From Candidatus Latescibacterota bacterium (GTDB taxonomy: Bacteria > Latescibacterota > UBA2968 > GCA-2709665): a stretch of DNA of 64,000 nucleotides. The DNA is taken from positions 5,568,001-5,632,000 of the forward strand of contig OZ241917.1 of assembly GCA_965203805.1 (NCBI GenBank). The letters run 5' to 3'. Under the pieces are notes generated by a model, which was not told the DNA's origin, searched no databases, and was given only the letters and a program-made list of their open reading frames with translations. Numbering within the stretch: position 1 is the first letter of the stretch; each line of letters begins with the position of its first letter. Below are positions 38,107-48,745 of the stretch, one piece after another. The translations under genes and the position numbers were made by a program.

Positions 38107-41100
38107 TCATTTCGCAACGCTATCGTGTTGGCTGCTCCCCACACCATTCAGCGATTTTTCAGCTTCTGACGCCGCGTCCTGCATGGCGCCTTCCAGGTTT
38201 TCCACCCTGACCTCGCGCCGGGGCTGCAGGTAGACGAACACCATTTCTTTGACCTCCTTTCCGGTGGCCTCGCGGATGGCGTAGGCATAGGCGCCGCCTT
38301 GAAGGCGATAGTCCTCCTTGAGGGGGCCGGACGCCTCGGCCGCGCTGACGGAATCGGTCTTGAAGTCGACCACCACCAGGTCGCCGTCTTCTTCAAACAG
38401 CAGGTCGATGAAACCGTGAAGGGAACCATCGCCGATGGCGACCGCCACCGGTACCTCACGCCAGAAACGCCTTGAAGCCACTGCCCGCCTCACGATGGCG
38501 CTCTCCACGGCAACGCGAGACAGACGGGCGATTTGATCGTAGCGACCGGGTATGCCCTCCGCCGCGGCCTGAGCGCGGGTCCGGTCATCAATACCGGCGC
38601 CAGTATCTAGGTCGATCGACTGAAGTACGGCGTGGACCGCCCGGCCGACCGACGTTCCCGCACGCCCTCGCCGCCACGGCTCGGAAGACTCGGGCTCGCC
38701 CTTTTGCTCGCGCAAACCACCACCCAGCGACGTCGCCGCTACGGACGAGGGTCGCCCCATTTCGGCATTCAACGCCGCGCGCTGATTCAACCACTTCTCG
38801 CGCGACTCGACGGAGTGCTCTACGTCGTCCTCAGGGTTTAATCCGTCGTCGCGCGCCTCTTGCAGATCCGGTGTTACGACGGGGTCATCCACGCAGATGG
38901 GCTCCCAAAGTCCCGGTGCTTCTGCCAGGTGCCCGGATATCGCACCCGCAGGGGACTTCTGGCCGCCCTTCGCCCGACGCCGCAGACTCAGCACGAGGTG
39001 GTCGCGGGCGCGGGTGGCGGCCACGTACATCAGGCGGATATACTCCGCATCGGATGTCTTTTTCTCCCTTTCGGCCAGTTCTTCGAATCCGTCGGTGAAA
39101 AAACCGAGTTTTTTGGGCCCAAGTCTCACTTCGACGGAGCCCGAGCTGCGGTCGACGAGCAGGGCGTCAGTCATGCTTTTTCTCTCTGAGTTGATTCCGG
39201 TCAGAATGACCACCGGAAACTCGAGACCTTTGGCGGCGTGAACGGTCATTACCCTCACCGCCTGTTCGTCCGATTCCGGTACCGGGGTCTCCGTGACGCG
39301 AGCCCGTTCGTTCATCTGATCCTCTACCCATACCAGAAAGGCCCGCAACGACGTTCCCCCCGAGCCGGCGAACTGGCGCGCCCGTTCCACCAGAAATCGG
39401 TAGCGGCGCCACTGCTCCCGCATGCGCGGGTGTCCGGTCGACGCTTCCATCAATCCGCGGTCGCGGACAAATCGGTCGATGAAACTGCCGGGCGTCTCCC
39501 ACAGACGCCGGGAATGGTAGGCGCTGAGTACGCCAAGAGCATCCGATACCGGGCCGGCGCCGCGTCCGGCCCGTGGATGCAGATAGTCGAATCCACCCCC
39601 GCCTTGAAAGTGCCTGAACAGATCGACGTCGCTGCATCCGAACGCCGGCGAGCGGAGCGCCGCGACAACGGCGACCTGATCGCCGGGATCGTCGATGGCC
39701 CTGAGGCAGTTCAACAGGTCGCGTATTTCCTGCGTTTCGAAGATGAGCGACGCGCTCTCCAGGCGGTAAGGTATTCCCGCGGCTTCAAGGCTCCTTTGCA
39801 ATATCGAAACGCCGGTACGGCCGGGCATCAGAATGCAGATGTCGGAATACGTGACCGATGTGTAGGTCTCGCTTCCGTTAGCCTCCGTAGCCTGACTGTC
39901 CAGTTTCTGCCACCTTTCGTCTGTCATTCGACGAATCAGTGCGGCGATATCCGTCGCTTCCATCCTGCGGATCCCGTCGATGTCGCCTTCCACCGCCACG
40001 TCGGACAGCGCCCAAACCTCCGGGCCGATGCCCGACGCCGGTCCACCGACCCAACGTGGGGCCATGTTCTCATACCCGGCCTGGTAATATCCCTCGTCTT
40101 CGGCTCGTTCCCGATCCTGCCCCATCCATTGTAAAAAAAGACAGTTGACCCAGGCGACGAGCCTCCGGTGCGATCGGAAATTCTGCGTGAGGCGGACCGT
40201 GCGGCCGCCCGCGAGCGCCATCCGTTCCTTCACCCTTTCCATCTGGGCCACGTCGGCACGGCGAAAACGGTAAATCGACTGCTTGGGATCGCCAACGGCG
40301 AATATCGCGCCGTTCCTGGGTTCCACTTGGTCCCATGCTCGAGGACGGGCATCGTCCGTGCGCCCCGGCGGTACGTCTTCGCAAAGGAACATGGCGATTT
40401 CGGCCTGTATCGGGTCGGTGTCCTGGACTTCGTCGATGAGCACGTGCGTGAACCGCCCGCGAAAGTGGTCCCGCACCGGGATATCGTCGCGGAGCAGGTC
40501 GCGCGCCCAGACCAGCAGGTCGTGGAACTCCGCCCGGCCTTCGGATCGCCTCTTCTCGGCGTACTCGAGAGCGAACTGCCGTACCCCCGCGAGAATCGGA
40601 TTCAAGACAGCGTGTCGGACCAGATTCAATTCAGTTTCTGTCGCAGCATGCAACTCATTGAGGCGTTCCTTGAGTACTTTACAGGCGTTGATTCCCGTTT
40701 CATGGTCGACGCGCCAATCCTTCTGGCTGCCCCTGCTGCATCTGAGCGGCAGCATTTGACGCAACAGTTGGTAGGCGATGGGCGATCCCGGGTCGGCATC
40801 CGCGAGCCTGCGTGCGGCTCCCGACCTGCTCTGAACGTGGAGGTACAAAGCGTCGTCGTCGACGGACTTCGCATACCGGCAGAGACGTTCCAGTTCTGGC
40901 CACGTCTTCAAGAGCGTCTCAACCGCTTTAGCGTCCCCGCGCGGCGAGGAATTGAAGCGCTTGCCGTGAAGGTCCGCGTAGTTTTCGTGAAATTCCCTCG
41001 CGGTGCTTCGAAGATGGGCAAGGGTCATGTCCAGCGTGAGGGCCAGCGCGAGGTGAGGCGCGAGAATCGAGTCTTCCTCCAGCATGTCGTCGATCCAGTC

Positions 41101-41571
41101 CTCCCATTCTTCATTGAACCGGATTCCCGCGGTGATGTCATCCGTCGTTTCGAAGCCCGGCGGCAAACCCGCTTCCAGCGGTCTTTCGTGTAGCAGCGTC
41201 GCGGCGAATGAATGCAGCGTCTGTATGGCGGCTTGGTCCAGATCCTTGATTCCCCTGGCGCAGGCCTTACGTTCATCCTCGGAACGGGACGCGTCTCCGG
41301 CTGCAACTTCCAATCCCTGGCGCACGCGGTCCCGTAACTCCGAGGCAGCCGCTTCGGTGAAAGTTATGGCTGCAATCCGGTCCAGCGTCGTCTTTCCCGT
41401 CGCCACCAGATTCACAACCCGTTTCACAAGGCTGGTCGTCTTGCCGGTACCGGCGCTGGCTTCGACGAACAGCGTTCCATCCAGGTCCTCTTCGATGATG
41501 CGACGGGAACATGCGTCGGCAGGGATGAAATCCGGCCGGCCTCCACCGGGCAGGTTCGGTCGAGCCGTCAT
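38107..41571 (-). CDS. addA: AddA-like UvrD helicase / PD-(D/E)XK nuclease
   Basis: EASAGTGKT, AITFTEAAA, LIDEVQDT, VGDPKQSIYRFRRAD, MTVHAAKGLEF, YVAATRARD, GFIDLL...VVDFKT. Confidence 0.88.
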   Translation of the reverse strand: MTARPNLPGGGRPDFIPADACSRRIIEEDLDGTLFVEASAGTGKTTSLVKRVVNLVATGKTTLDRIAAITFTEAAASELRDRVRQGLEVAAGDASRSEDERKACARGIKDLDQAAIQTLHSFAATLLHERPLEAGLPPGFETTDDITAGIRFNEEWEDWIDDMLEEDSILAPHLALALTLDMTLAHLRSTAREFHENYADLHGKRFNSSPRGDAKAVETLLKTWPELERLCRYAKSVDDDALYLHVQSRSGAARRLADADPGSPIAYQLLRQMLPLRCSRGSQKDWRVDHETGINACKVLKERLNELHAATETELNLVRHAVLNPILAGVRQFALEYAEKRRSEGRAEFHDLLVWARDLLRDDIPVRDHFRGRFTHVLIDEVQDTDPIQAEIAMFLCEDVPPGRTDDARPRAWDQVEPRNGAIFAVGDPKQSIYRFRRADVAQMERVKERMALAGGRTVRLTQNFRSHRRLVAWVNCLFLQWMGQDRERAEDEGYYQAGYENMAPRWVGGPASGIGPEVWALSDVAVEGDIDGIRRMEATDIAALIRRMTDERWQKLDSQATEANGSETYTSVTYSDICILMPGRTGVSILQRSLEAAGIPYRLESASLIFETQEIRDLLNCLRAIDDPGDQVAVVAALRSPAFGCSDVDLFRHFQGGGGFDYLHPRAGRGAGPVSDALGVLSAYHSRRLWETPGSFIDRFVRDRGLMEASTGHPRMREQWRRYRFLVERARQFAGSGGTSLRAFLVWVEDQMNERARVTETPVPESDEQAVRVMTVHAAKGLEFPVVILTGINSERKSMTDALLVDRSSGSVEVRLGPKKLGFFTDGFEELAEREKKTSDAEYIRLMYVAATRARDHLVLSLRRRAKGGQKSPAGAISGHLAEAPGLWEPICVDDPVVTPDLQEARDDGLNPEDDVEHSVESREKWLNQRAALNAEMGRPSSVAATSLGGGLREQKGEPESSEPWRRGRAGTSVGRAVHAVLQSIDLDTGAGIDDRTRAQAAAEGIPGRYDQIARLSRVAVESAIVRRAVASRRFWREVPVAVAIGDGSLHGFIDLLFEEDGDLVVVDFKTDSVSAAEASGPLKEDYRLQGGAYAYAIREATGKEVKEMVFVYLQPRREVRVENLEGAMQDAASEAEKSLNGVGSSQHDSVAK

Positions 41572-44500
41572 TCGGGTTCCTCCACGTCGTTCGCGAGCAA
41601 ACGGTAGCCGGAAAGCAGTGAATCCTCCTTCTTGCGCTCCCAGAGCTCGGTCCTTCTGGCCGCGCACAGGGTATCGAAATCGCAGAACCTGCAGTTTTCC
41701 GGGCCGCCGAACCCGTCCGGTCCCGGATTGGCGGGAAACACGCCGCCCTGAATGCCCGATACAATCGCTGACAGCGCGGCCTGGAACCGTGCCCGCACCG
41801 CGTCGTCCTCCAGATCGGAGTCCTCAGGAGGGTGAAACGCGAAACCGCCGCGGGTTGTCGTGAACCAGTAAGCGGCCCTGATTTCGCCGGCGCCGGTGAC
41901 GAACCGGCGGGCGGCCAGGGAGTACACGCTCAACTGGAGTCGCCTTCCCCGATCGATCGGGTCATTGCTCAACCGTTCGTACTGCCTGGCGCCGCCGGTC
42001 TTGTAGTCGATCACGAGGACAGAGCGCGACGTCGGGTTGACGTCGACCCGGTCGATGTACCCGCGAAATCGTACTCCGGTTCGGGGTTCCGTCACCTCCG
42101 GCGAGCCGCCGTGACCGAAACCCGCCTCGACCAGAACGTGACCGGTGCCGCAACGAGCACGGAGTTTCGCATCCTCTTCGATGAAGGTCTCCAGGTCGGC
42201 CCGGATGTCCTGCTTTTCCAGATTCCAGATCAGAGGTTTTCCCGTGACGCCACGCGACTCGGCGAGATCGAACTCCTCCCCTGCGATCCGAAACAACCTC
42301 CGGCGCAACGGGTCGCTCCATTCCGATCCTGGCGGCGGTAGCTTGTGTTCCTCAATGATCTCCGTCATGAACCGCTCCAGAATCCGGTGTATCAACGAAC
42401 CGCGTTCCAGGGGGGTCATGGAGGTCGTTTCTTCCGGCGCTTCGAGCGCGCTAAGTCTCAACACGTGGCCAAGGAAGTAGCTGAATGGACACCTGGCCCA
42501 ACTCTCCAGGCGCGTGGCCGAGACCGGCGCCCGGCGGAGTCCCCGCAGAAAATCCGCTTCTCGCGCGACAGATGACAGATCGCCGTCGAACTCCGTCAAC
42601 CGGCTCTGGTTCCGGCGTAGCGCCAACTTCGCGGCGTGGGCAAGAGTTCCCTCTCCGGAGAAGGGATGATCGAGAAGCGCAAATCCGCCCCGCCTCCACC
42701 GCAGGAGCCGGTGGAGTTGGTAGTCGTGCCGGTCGGCCGCGGCCGCGTCAGCGATAGTGACCAGCGCCTGTTCCGCCGACTCGTCGGCGGTTAACCACTC
42801 CCGATCCGGCAGCCGGCCCAGACCGCTTGCACGTACTGGTGAGCCCTCCATGATCGATGCCTGCTCGAGGAACCAGCGCGAGGGAAATGCTTCCCGTTGG
42901 GATGCTGGGTCGGCCACAGGATACGACAACTCACGGCGGGAGGACGCAGACGCAGCGGCGAGGTAGTCGTAGCGTTCCTCGGCGACCCTTTGCTTCAGGC
43001 GTGAGTCTCCCCCGGCGGCGTGCCAGTCCGATTCCGGCAGCAGGGGGTCGGGGCGAAACGGCGGCGGCATCCCGCCCTCGATCATGCCTACCATCCAGAC
43101 TCTCTCGAAGCGCATACCGGCTGCGCCGCGGACCGGGGACACGAACACGCCCGTTCCAATAGTCCCCAGGTGTCCGATCGTCGACCGCAGCGAATCCTCC
43201 ACAGTCTTCTTGAACTCGTCAAGCGTGGTCCCCGCGCGGATGCTTTCTGCGGCTTCGAGTTCCTCGATGGCGCGCCGGATCTTATCCAGGGAAGTCTTCT
43301 CATCGTCGGGGACGTCGCGGTCCAGGTCCAGATAGCGATTGAGGAGATCATTTGCCCACCGGCAGAACGCGCTCCAGGGACTTCCGTCCTTCGGCGGCTC
43401 GACGTCCGCCCGCAGTTTTTCGACGAAGGACGACACCTGGCGCGCGGCAGCAGCCTCGGACCTCATGCGTTCGGCGCGGGCTTCGGTTATCTCCTCCCCG
43501 GCAGCCAGTCGATGGGCCGCGTCGGTGAGTCGCTCCGCGTAATGGTTCAGCCGGTCTCGCCACTGCTCCGCACCCCGGACGATTCCCGCCTTTCGGGTGA
43601 GGGCGTCCCACCGGCTGGGGTTGAAGCCGGCAGCGGCCGCACCGGCGGGACGGACGGGACAGCCCGTCAGCCACGCCATGACGTCTTCACGCCGCATGTC
43701 GCTTCCGGACATCGCAAGCAGTCCGATTAGCGTACGTCCGGCGGCGGAGTCGGCCAGCGTCGACCTGTCCGGCCCCGCAACCGGAATCCGGGACATGCGC
43801 ATTTCGTCCAGGATGAGCGTGGCGTAAGGGTTGTCCATCCGGTATAGAACGGCCATCCGGTGGAAGGGAATTCCATCTTCCTCAGCTTCGCGGACGATTC
43901 GCCGAATCACCCACCTCAGTTCCTCGTGGGCATTGGGCGCGATATGCATTTTGGCATTGCGGGACAACAGCGGCATTGCGGCGTCGTCCTGAACGGCAGG
44001 AACGGGTTCTCCAAGCACGGGTACGAGCGCTTTTTTCAGCATGTCGACGGGTCTGTCGGCCGTCGCGTCGCCCGTCATTCCAAGGAGAACGTAGCATCGA
44101 CGTTGTTCTGCGAGAACCTGTACGAGCTTCGTCTCCGACGGGCCGGCGTCACGCGGAAGAAAAAATACGATTGTGCCAAGGTCCTCGAGGCCGGGGAGTT
44201 CGCCGTGAGTGGCGGCTTCTGCAGCCGCATGCGCCAGGTCTTCCGAATCGTACCACTCGCTACGGGTGTTTCGGCGGAATTCGCGAAATAACCGGACAAC
44301 TTCGCCGCACGCGCTACCCTTTTCCTGCAACCTGGCGAGAACGTCGTCGGCGACCCTCCGCAGTTCGGAGAATGACTGTCTTAGACTGGCCTGCGTCGCC
44401 GGATGTTGTCTGACATCCCTCAAACGTTCCGTGGCCCCGTCCAGCGAATCTCGGACCAAGACGCCTTCCAGGACTGCCGGAAGCGGCTTGCGGCCCGCCC

Positions 44501-44765
44501 GCGCAAGGGCCGCCGCTCCGAGAAGCTCCGACAACATCGGCATGACAACGAACCGGACATTGACGAAACTGCTGCGCCCCAACTCCTGGCGAAGGCTGAG
44601 GTTCACGTAGCTCGACGGACCGACCACGGTAACGGGAGCCAGCGCATCACCGCCCTTCGCTTCTCGAACCAACCGCCAGAGCGTCTCTCTCAACGCCGGC
44701 GACTGCCGTCCCGTGATCAATCTTCCCCGGTTCGGTGGCTTTGTGTACTTTGGGTCTGCCTGCAA
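41568..44765 (-). CDS. addB: AddB-like inactive helicase / PD-(D/E)XK nuclease with Fe-S cysteines
   Basis: SATRLESWARCPFSYF, GYIDRVD, IDYKTG, QLSVY, CRFCDFDTLC; ATGA overlap with addA. Confidence 0.85.
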   Translation of the reverse strand: MQADPKYTKPPNRGRLITGRQSPALRETLWRLVREAKGGDALAPVTVVGPSSYVNLSLRQELGRSSFVNVRFVVMPMLSELLGAAALARAGRKPLPAVLEGVLVRDSLDGATERLRDVRQHPATQASLRQSFSELRRVADDVLARLQEKGSACGEVVRLFREFRRNTRSEWYDSEDLAHAAAEAATHGELPGLEDLGTIVFFLPRDAGPSETKLVQVLAEQRRCYVLLGMTGDATADRPVDMLKKALVPVLGEPVPAVQDDAAMPLLSRNAKMHIAPNAHEELRWVIRRIVREAEEDGIPFHRMAVLYRMDNPYATLILDEMRMSRIPVAGPDRSTLADSAAGRTLIGLLAMSGSDMRREDVMAWLTGCPVRPAGAAAAGFNPSRWDALTRKAGIVRGAEQWRDRLNHYAERLTDAAHRLAAGEEITEARAERMRSEAAAARQVSSFVEKLRADVEPPKDGSPWSAFCRWANDLLNRYLDLDRDVPDDEKTSLDKIRRAIEELEAAESIRAGTTLDEFKKTVEDSLRSTIGHLGTIGTGVFVSPVRGAAGMRFERVWMVGMIEGGMPPPFRPDPLLPESDWHAAGGDSRLKQRVAEERYDYLAAASASSRRELSYPVADPASQREAFPSRWFLEQASIMEGSPVRASGLGRLPDREWLTADESAEQALVTIADAAAADRHDYQLHRLLRWRRGGFALLDHPFSGEGTLAHAAKLALRRNQSRLTEFDGDLSSVAREADFLRGLRRAPVSATRLESWARCPFSYFLGHVLRLSALEAPEETTSMTPLERGSLIHRILERFMTEIIEEHKLPPPGSEWSDPLRRRLFRIAGEEFDLAESRGVTGKPLIWNLEKQDIRADLETFIEEDAKLRARCGTGHVLVEAGFGHGGSPEVTEPRTGVRFRGYIDRVDVNPTSRSVLVIDYKTGGARQYERLSNDPIDRGRRLQLSVYSLAARRFVTGAGEIRAAYWFTTTRGGFAFHPPEDSDLEDDAVRARFQAALSAIVSGIQGGVFPANPGPDGFGGPENCRFCDFDTLCAARRTELWERKKEDSLLSGYRLLANDVEEPE

Positions 44766-45224
44766 GATCTGTCCTTCCTCGGAATGGACCGCTCAATTGG
44801 AGATTGGGTTGGTTACGTCGATAATTTACTATCTTTATTGAATTTATGGAATACCTTCAGCTTGTGCAGGATACAACTCGGCAGATCCAATGCGGCCTTC
44901 GACTCGGCAAGTGGGAAGGCGTCAGTCCGCTATCGAGGGCAGAAACGAGAAACCACCCGTCGCGGAAGTAAAGTAACGTCGAGTCGTGCATTGTTGTCAA
45001 TTGCAATCACGACGTCGATAACACCGAAACAGGGGTGGCGCTCCGCCGGATGACGATTTGGCGCAGTCTGTCTCTGATCCTTGAAAGCAACCATGGGGCG
45101 GCTCACAAATCCATTTGACTCGTGCCGCTTACCATTGACGACGCCTTCGCTTGACGTTATTTTGCTCTGCAGGATTGCGAGTCCGGATCGAACACAATGG
45201 ACAGTTTAAGACATCGAGGTCTCC

Positions 45225-46013
45225 ATGAATCTGAATCTGAACGGAAAAGTCGCGCTTGTCACGGGCGGGAACCGCGGGATCGGTCTCGCGACAGCGATGG
45301 GCCTGGCGAAGGAGGGGTGCGACGTTGCGGTCTGCGCCCGGCGGCAGGAGACGTTGGAAGAGGCAGCGGCGAAAATCGAGGCGCTCGGCGTCCGCGTTGC
45401 GCCCATCCGGGCGGACGTGCAGGACGCGGAAGACGCGGCGCGGTTTGTGGAGGAATCCGCTGCACGGCTTGGCGGGATCGATATTCTCATCAACAACGTG
45501 GGCGGCCGGTCCGGCGACCGGCTGATGGATTCGACCGACGAGGACTGGGTGGAGACCTTCGACAAGAACGTGTTCCATGGCGTACGGCTGACCCGGCTTG
45601 TGGTTCCTCATATGCGGGCGCGGGGCGGCGGTTCGGTGGTGTTCATCTCGTCCATATCGGGATGGATACCGCAGCTGAGCGGCGCGGTTCAGTACGGCGC
45701 GTCCAAGGCCGCCCAAATCTTCATGGCCGAACCCATGGCGCTCGAACTGGTGCACGACCGTATCCGCGTGAACGTGGTATCGCCGGGGTCGATCATTTTC
45801 GAAGGCGGCGGCTGGGACGGTATGCGTCAGGAAAAACCGGAGGTGTTCGCCGCTTACGAGAGAGATGGATTTCCCATGGGCGGTCTAGGATCTCCGGATG
45901 ACGTCGCCGACGTGGTTGTGTTCCTAGCGTCGGACCGCGCCCGCTGGGTGAACGGCGAAAACGTCCGCGCGGACGGCCTCGAACAGCCGGTCCCCGCGGT
46001 GCGGCCGTGGTAG
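45225..46013 (+). CDS. SDR family oxidoreductase
   Basis: TGGNRGIG, INNVG, YGASK, VSPG. Confidence 0.93.
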   Translation: MNLNLNGKVALVTGGNRGIGLATAMGLAKEGCDVAVCARRQETLEEAAAKIEALGVRVAPIRADVQDAEDAARFVEESAARLGGIDILINNVGGRSGDRLMDSTDEDWVETFDKNVFHGVRLTRLVVPHMRARGGGSVVFISSISGWIPQLSGAVQYGASKAAQIFMAEPMALELVHDRIRVNVVSPGSIIFEGGGWDGMRQEKPEVFAAYERDGFPMGGLGSPDDVADVVVFLASDRARWVNGENVRADGLEQPVPAVRPW

Positions 46014-46024
46014 ACGCGTAGCAA

Positions 46025-46699
46025 ATGAGGAAATGCGATACGATGGAGCCGGACGAAGACCTGGACGCGAGGCGGTCGAGGACGCGGGCGATCATCGGAA
46101 AGTTAAAGGGCATCTATCCTGACGCCGAATGTTCGCTGTCTTACGAGAATCCGCTACAGTTGCTGATCGCCACGATGCTCTCGGCACAGTGTACCGACGA
46201 ACGCGTCAATATGGTGACGCCCGGTCTCTTCGAGCGGTGTCCGACGGCCGTGGATTATGCCGATGCGCCCGTGGAAGAATTGGAGGATCTGATCCGCTCG
46301 ACCGGTTTTTTTCGCAACAAAGCGCGTAACATCCAGGGGTGCTGCCGGGCGCTGGTGGAAAACCACGGCGGAGAGGTGCCGCGGACTCTGGATGAACTGG
46401 TGGCTCTCGACGGCGTTGGAAGAAAGACCGCCAACGTCGTTCTGGGCAACGCGTTCGGCATTGCCGAAGGCGTGGTCGTGGACACGCACGTGCGACGGAT
46501 TTCCAATCGACTCGGCCTGACCCGCAGGCAGGACCCTGTCAAAATCGAACAGGACCTGATCGCGCTGGTACCGAAGAAAGACTGGGTGGACCTGCCGCAT
46601 CTGTTCATTCATCACGGACGGGCGATCTGCAGCGCGCGGTCGCCGGATTGCGACGCATGCGGTGTCGGCGCGCTGTGTCCTTCACAGGGCCGGGCCTGA
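46025..46699 (+). CDS. nth: endonuclease III
   Basis: LSAQCTDERVN, GFFRNKA, GVGRKTANVV, VDTHV, C-x6-C-x2-C-x5-C cluster; start may be 46043. Confidence 0.96.
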   Translation: MRKCDTMEPDEDLDARRSRTRAIIGKLKGIYPDAECSLSYENPLQLLIATMLSAQCTDERVNMVTPGLFERCPTAVDYADAPVEELEDLIRSTGFFRNKARNIQGCCRALVENHGGEVPRTLDELVALDGVGRKTANVVLGNAFGIAEGVVVDTHVRRISNRLGLTRRQDPVKIEQDLIALVPKKDWVDLPHLFIHHGRAICSARSPDCDACGVGALCPSQGRA

Positions 46700-46813
46700 C
46701 GACTTCCACCGTGTGATTCGGTGGCTCCGCGTTCCGGATTCCCACGCCACGGGAAGTGTCGGCCGGCGTCTTCCCCACTGACAGGAATTGTGGGTTTTTT
46801 TCGAATTTGGGGC

Positions 46814-46842
46814 TTGACTTTCGATATTCGGAACGATAAATT
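46814..46842 (+). promoter_or_regulatory. sigma70-type promoter upstream of dksA-like gene
   Basis: TTGACT-17-TAAATT. Confidence 0.5.
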
Positions 46843-47030
46843 TTCGTCCGAAAAATTCAGGACGCATTCGAAGATTGGCCGGGATTGTCCTACGCCGACG
46901 TTACATGCTGCCCACCGAACAATCGGTTGTTTCGCGAAGGCGCCGGTGCATTTCGCGCAGCAGGGCCTGAACCAAATCGGGTGCAGGTGATACGATACCA
47001 CGGTCTGGCGCCTGGGAGATCAAAGGGAAT

Positions 47031-47465
47031 ATGGCTGAGAAACTGACTCCTGAAAAGCTGGCGTTTTACCAGAAGCTGCTGCTGGATCGAAAGAAAGATC
47101 TGCTGAAACAGACCAGCCTGGAAGATGCCGACATTGACGAACTCAGAAAAGACCGTTCGGCGGATCCTTTCGATATGGCAGGGAACGCAACTTCTCTGGA
47201 GTTGATGGCGACCCTGGGTAATAACGAACGGCGCGAGCTGGCCGAGATCGATCATGCGCTGGGCAAGATCGAAGACGGAACCTACGGCATCTGCGAAGTG
47301 TCGGGGGAGATGATCGGCGAGATGCGCCTGGAAGCCATTCCCACGGCCCGTTATACCATGCAGGTCCAGCAGGAGAGAGAGCGAAATCCTCAGGTTGTCG
47401 ACCGTCCGAGGCGTCGGGCGATCTCTGCCGAAGACCTGCCCATGAGTGGAGACGAAGATACCTGA
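47031..47465 (+). CDS. TraR/DksA family transcription factor (single Cys)
   Basis: DPFDMA tip, IDHALGKIEDGTYGICEVSG, RLEAIPTARY. Confidence 0.9.
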   Translation: MAEKLTPEKLAFYQKLLLDRKKDLLKQTSLEDADIDELRKDRSADPFDMAGNATSLELMATLGNNERRELAEIDHALGKIEDGTYGICEVSGEMIGEMRLEAIPTARYTMQVQQERERNPQVVDRPRRRAISAEDLPMSGDEDT

Positions 47466-47484
47466 GATGGAGCGAGATGGGAGC

Positions 47485-47518
47485 AAAAGAGGCGATTCTG
47501 AGCGGGATCGCCTTTTTT
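47485..47518. terminator. bidirectional-type intrinsic terminator
   Basis: AAAAGAGGCGATTCT-GAGC-GGGATCGCCTTTTTT. Confidence 0.8.
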
Positions 47519-47629
47519 CGTGGCGGGTCCGGATGCGTGCGCGCGTGAACCAGGTCGGGGTAATTGAAGAAAATAAAACGAGACGGGTTTCGGTTCGAAC
47601 CAAGATCGTATCGGGAGACCGGTGAAGCG

Positions 47630-48592
47630 ATGATTGACAAGAAACAGATCGTTCGACAGCTGGATATGCTGCGAGAACTCGCATCGCGAAGATATGGCGC
47701 GACGATCCAGGAACTTGAGAGGCATTTCGAGGTATCGCGGAGGACAATTGAGCGCGACCTTGGAGACCTTGGCGAGGCCGGGTTTCCACTGCTACCGGAA
47801 AAACAAGGCCGCCAAAACACCTGGAGACTCCTTCACGACAAGGAGATTCCTCCCCTTAACTTCCCTGCAGGCGAACTCATTGCCATGACCTATATCGGCG
47901 GAATCATCGAGGAGTCGCCCTTTAAGACCGAATATCAGAAAAGCCTGAACAGGATCCGGGCAACGCTGCCGGAAAAGATGCGCGTATTCCTGGAACAGGC
48001 GGCCTATCATCCGCATATTCGCGGACAGAAGGCTCAAGTAACACCTGAGGTATTTCGTAGAGCACAAGAGGCAATCGCGGAGCGCAAGCTCTGTAACGTG
48101 ACTTACCGTGCTATGAGTACCGGTGAAAGCAAGACCTATCCTATTCTGCCGTTCAGGTTTCTGTACCATTACGACGGTGTATATCTGCTCTGCCGCAATC
48201 CGAAATATGGGAATTTACTGACCCTCGCCGCGGAGCGGATTCAGGATATCCGGATCACGTCCCAGGTGTTTGACGCGGCGGAAGAATCTGATATTGAAGA
48301 GCAACTCAACCAGGCATTCGGTGTCGTTCTTGAAGCACCGATCGAGGTTAGCGTCCGCTTCTCGCCATCCCAGGCGCCGTATATCAGACAACGGATATGG
48401 CACCCCACCCAGGAGATCGAGGAATTGGACGACGACGGGATCATTCTTCACTTTCGCGCAGGTGGCCTCTATGAGATCAAGTCGTGGATTCTGAGCCACG
48501 GCGCAAGCGCCGAAGTCCTGGCGCCATCGTCCTTGCGTGCCGAAATTTCCGAGGAACTTGAAAAAAATCTGAGATCTTACAAAAAAACCTGA
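47630..48592 (+). CDS. wHTH-WYL-WCX transcriptional regulator
   Basis: HTH ELERHFEVSRRTIERDLGDL; WYL region AIAERKLCNVTY...PFRF...VYLL...ERI; WHPTQ, WILSHGASAEVLAPSSLR. Confidence 0.93.
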   Translation: MIDKKQIVRQLDMLRELASRRYGATIQELERHFEVSRRTIERDLGDLGEAGFPLLPEKQGRQNTWRLLHDKEIPPLNFPAGELIAMTYIGGIIEESPFKTEYQKSLNRIRATLPEKMRVFLEQAAYHPHIRGQKAQVTPEVFRRAQEAIAERKLCNVTYRAMSTGESKTYPILPFRFLYHYDGVYLLCRNPKYGNLLTLAAERIQDIRITSQVFDAAEESDIEEQLNQAFGVVLEAPIEVSVRFSPSQAPYIRQRIWHPTQEIEELDDDGIILHFRAGGLYEIKSWILSHGASAEVLAPSSLRAEISEELEKNLRSYKKT

Positions 48593-48596
48593 CTAC

Positions 48597-48631
48597 ATGC
48601 GACGCGGTTTGTCGTATATCCTGTTTAACTT
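48597..48631 (+). promoter_or_regulatory. DriD-like WYL operator plus -10 element
   Basis: ATGCGAC-N7-GTCGTAT at 48597-48617, TAACTT at 48626-48631. Confidence 0.7.
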
Positions 48632-48663
48632 GAGGCGTGTTCATTGGAAACACGCCTCTTTTT
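48632..48663 (+). terminator. intrinsic terminator after WYL gene
   Basis: GAGGCGTGTT-CATTGGA-AACACGCCTC-TTTTT. Confidence 0.8.
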
Positions 48664-48745
48664 GTTGCCCTGCGTCCGGAATGGCACGGCGAAGGCGTCG
48701 ACAGTCGAACCTTGGAAATCGAATTGCAGGAGAGGATCTCAATCA

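Noticed and set aside
38107-44765. Helicase/nuclease pair as a novel defence system or Cas4
   Set aside because: Sizes, motifs and gene order fit ordinary AddAB-type repair enzymes
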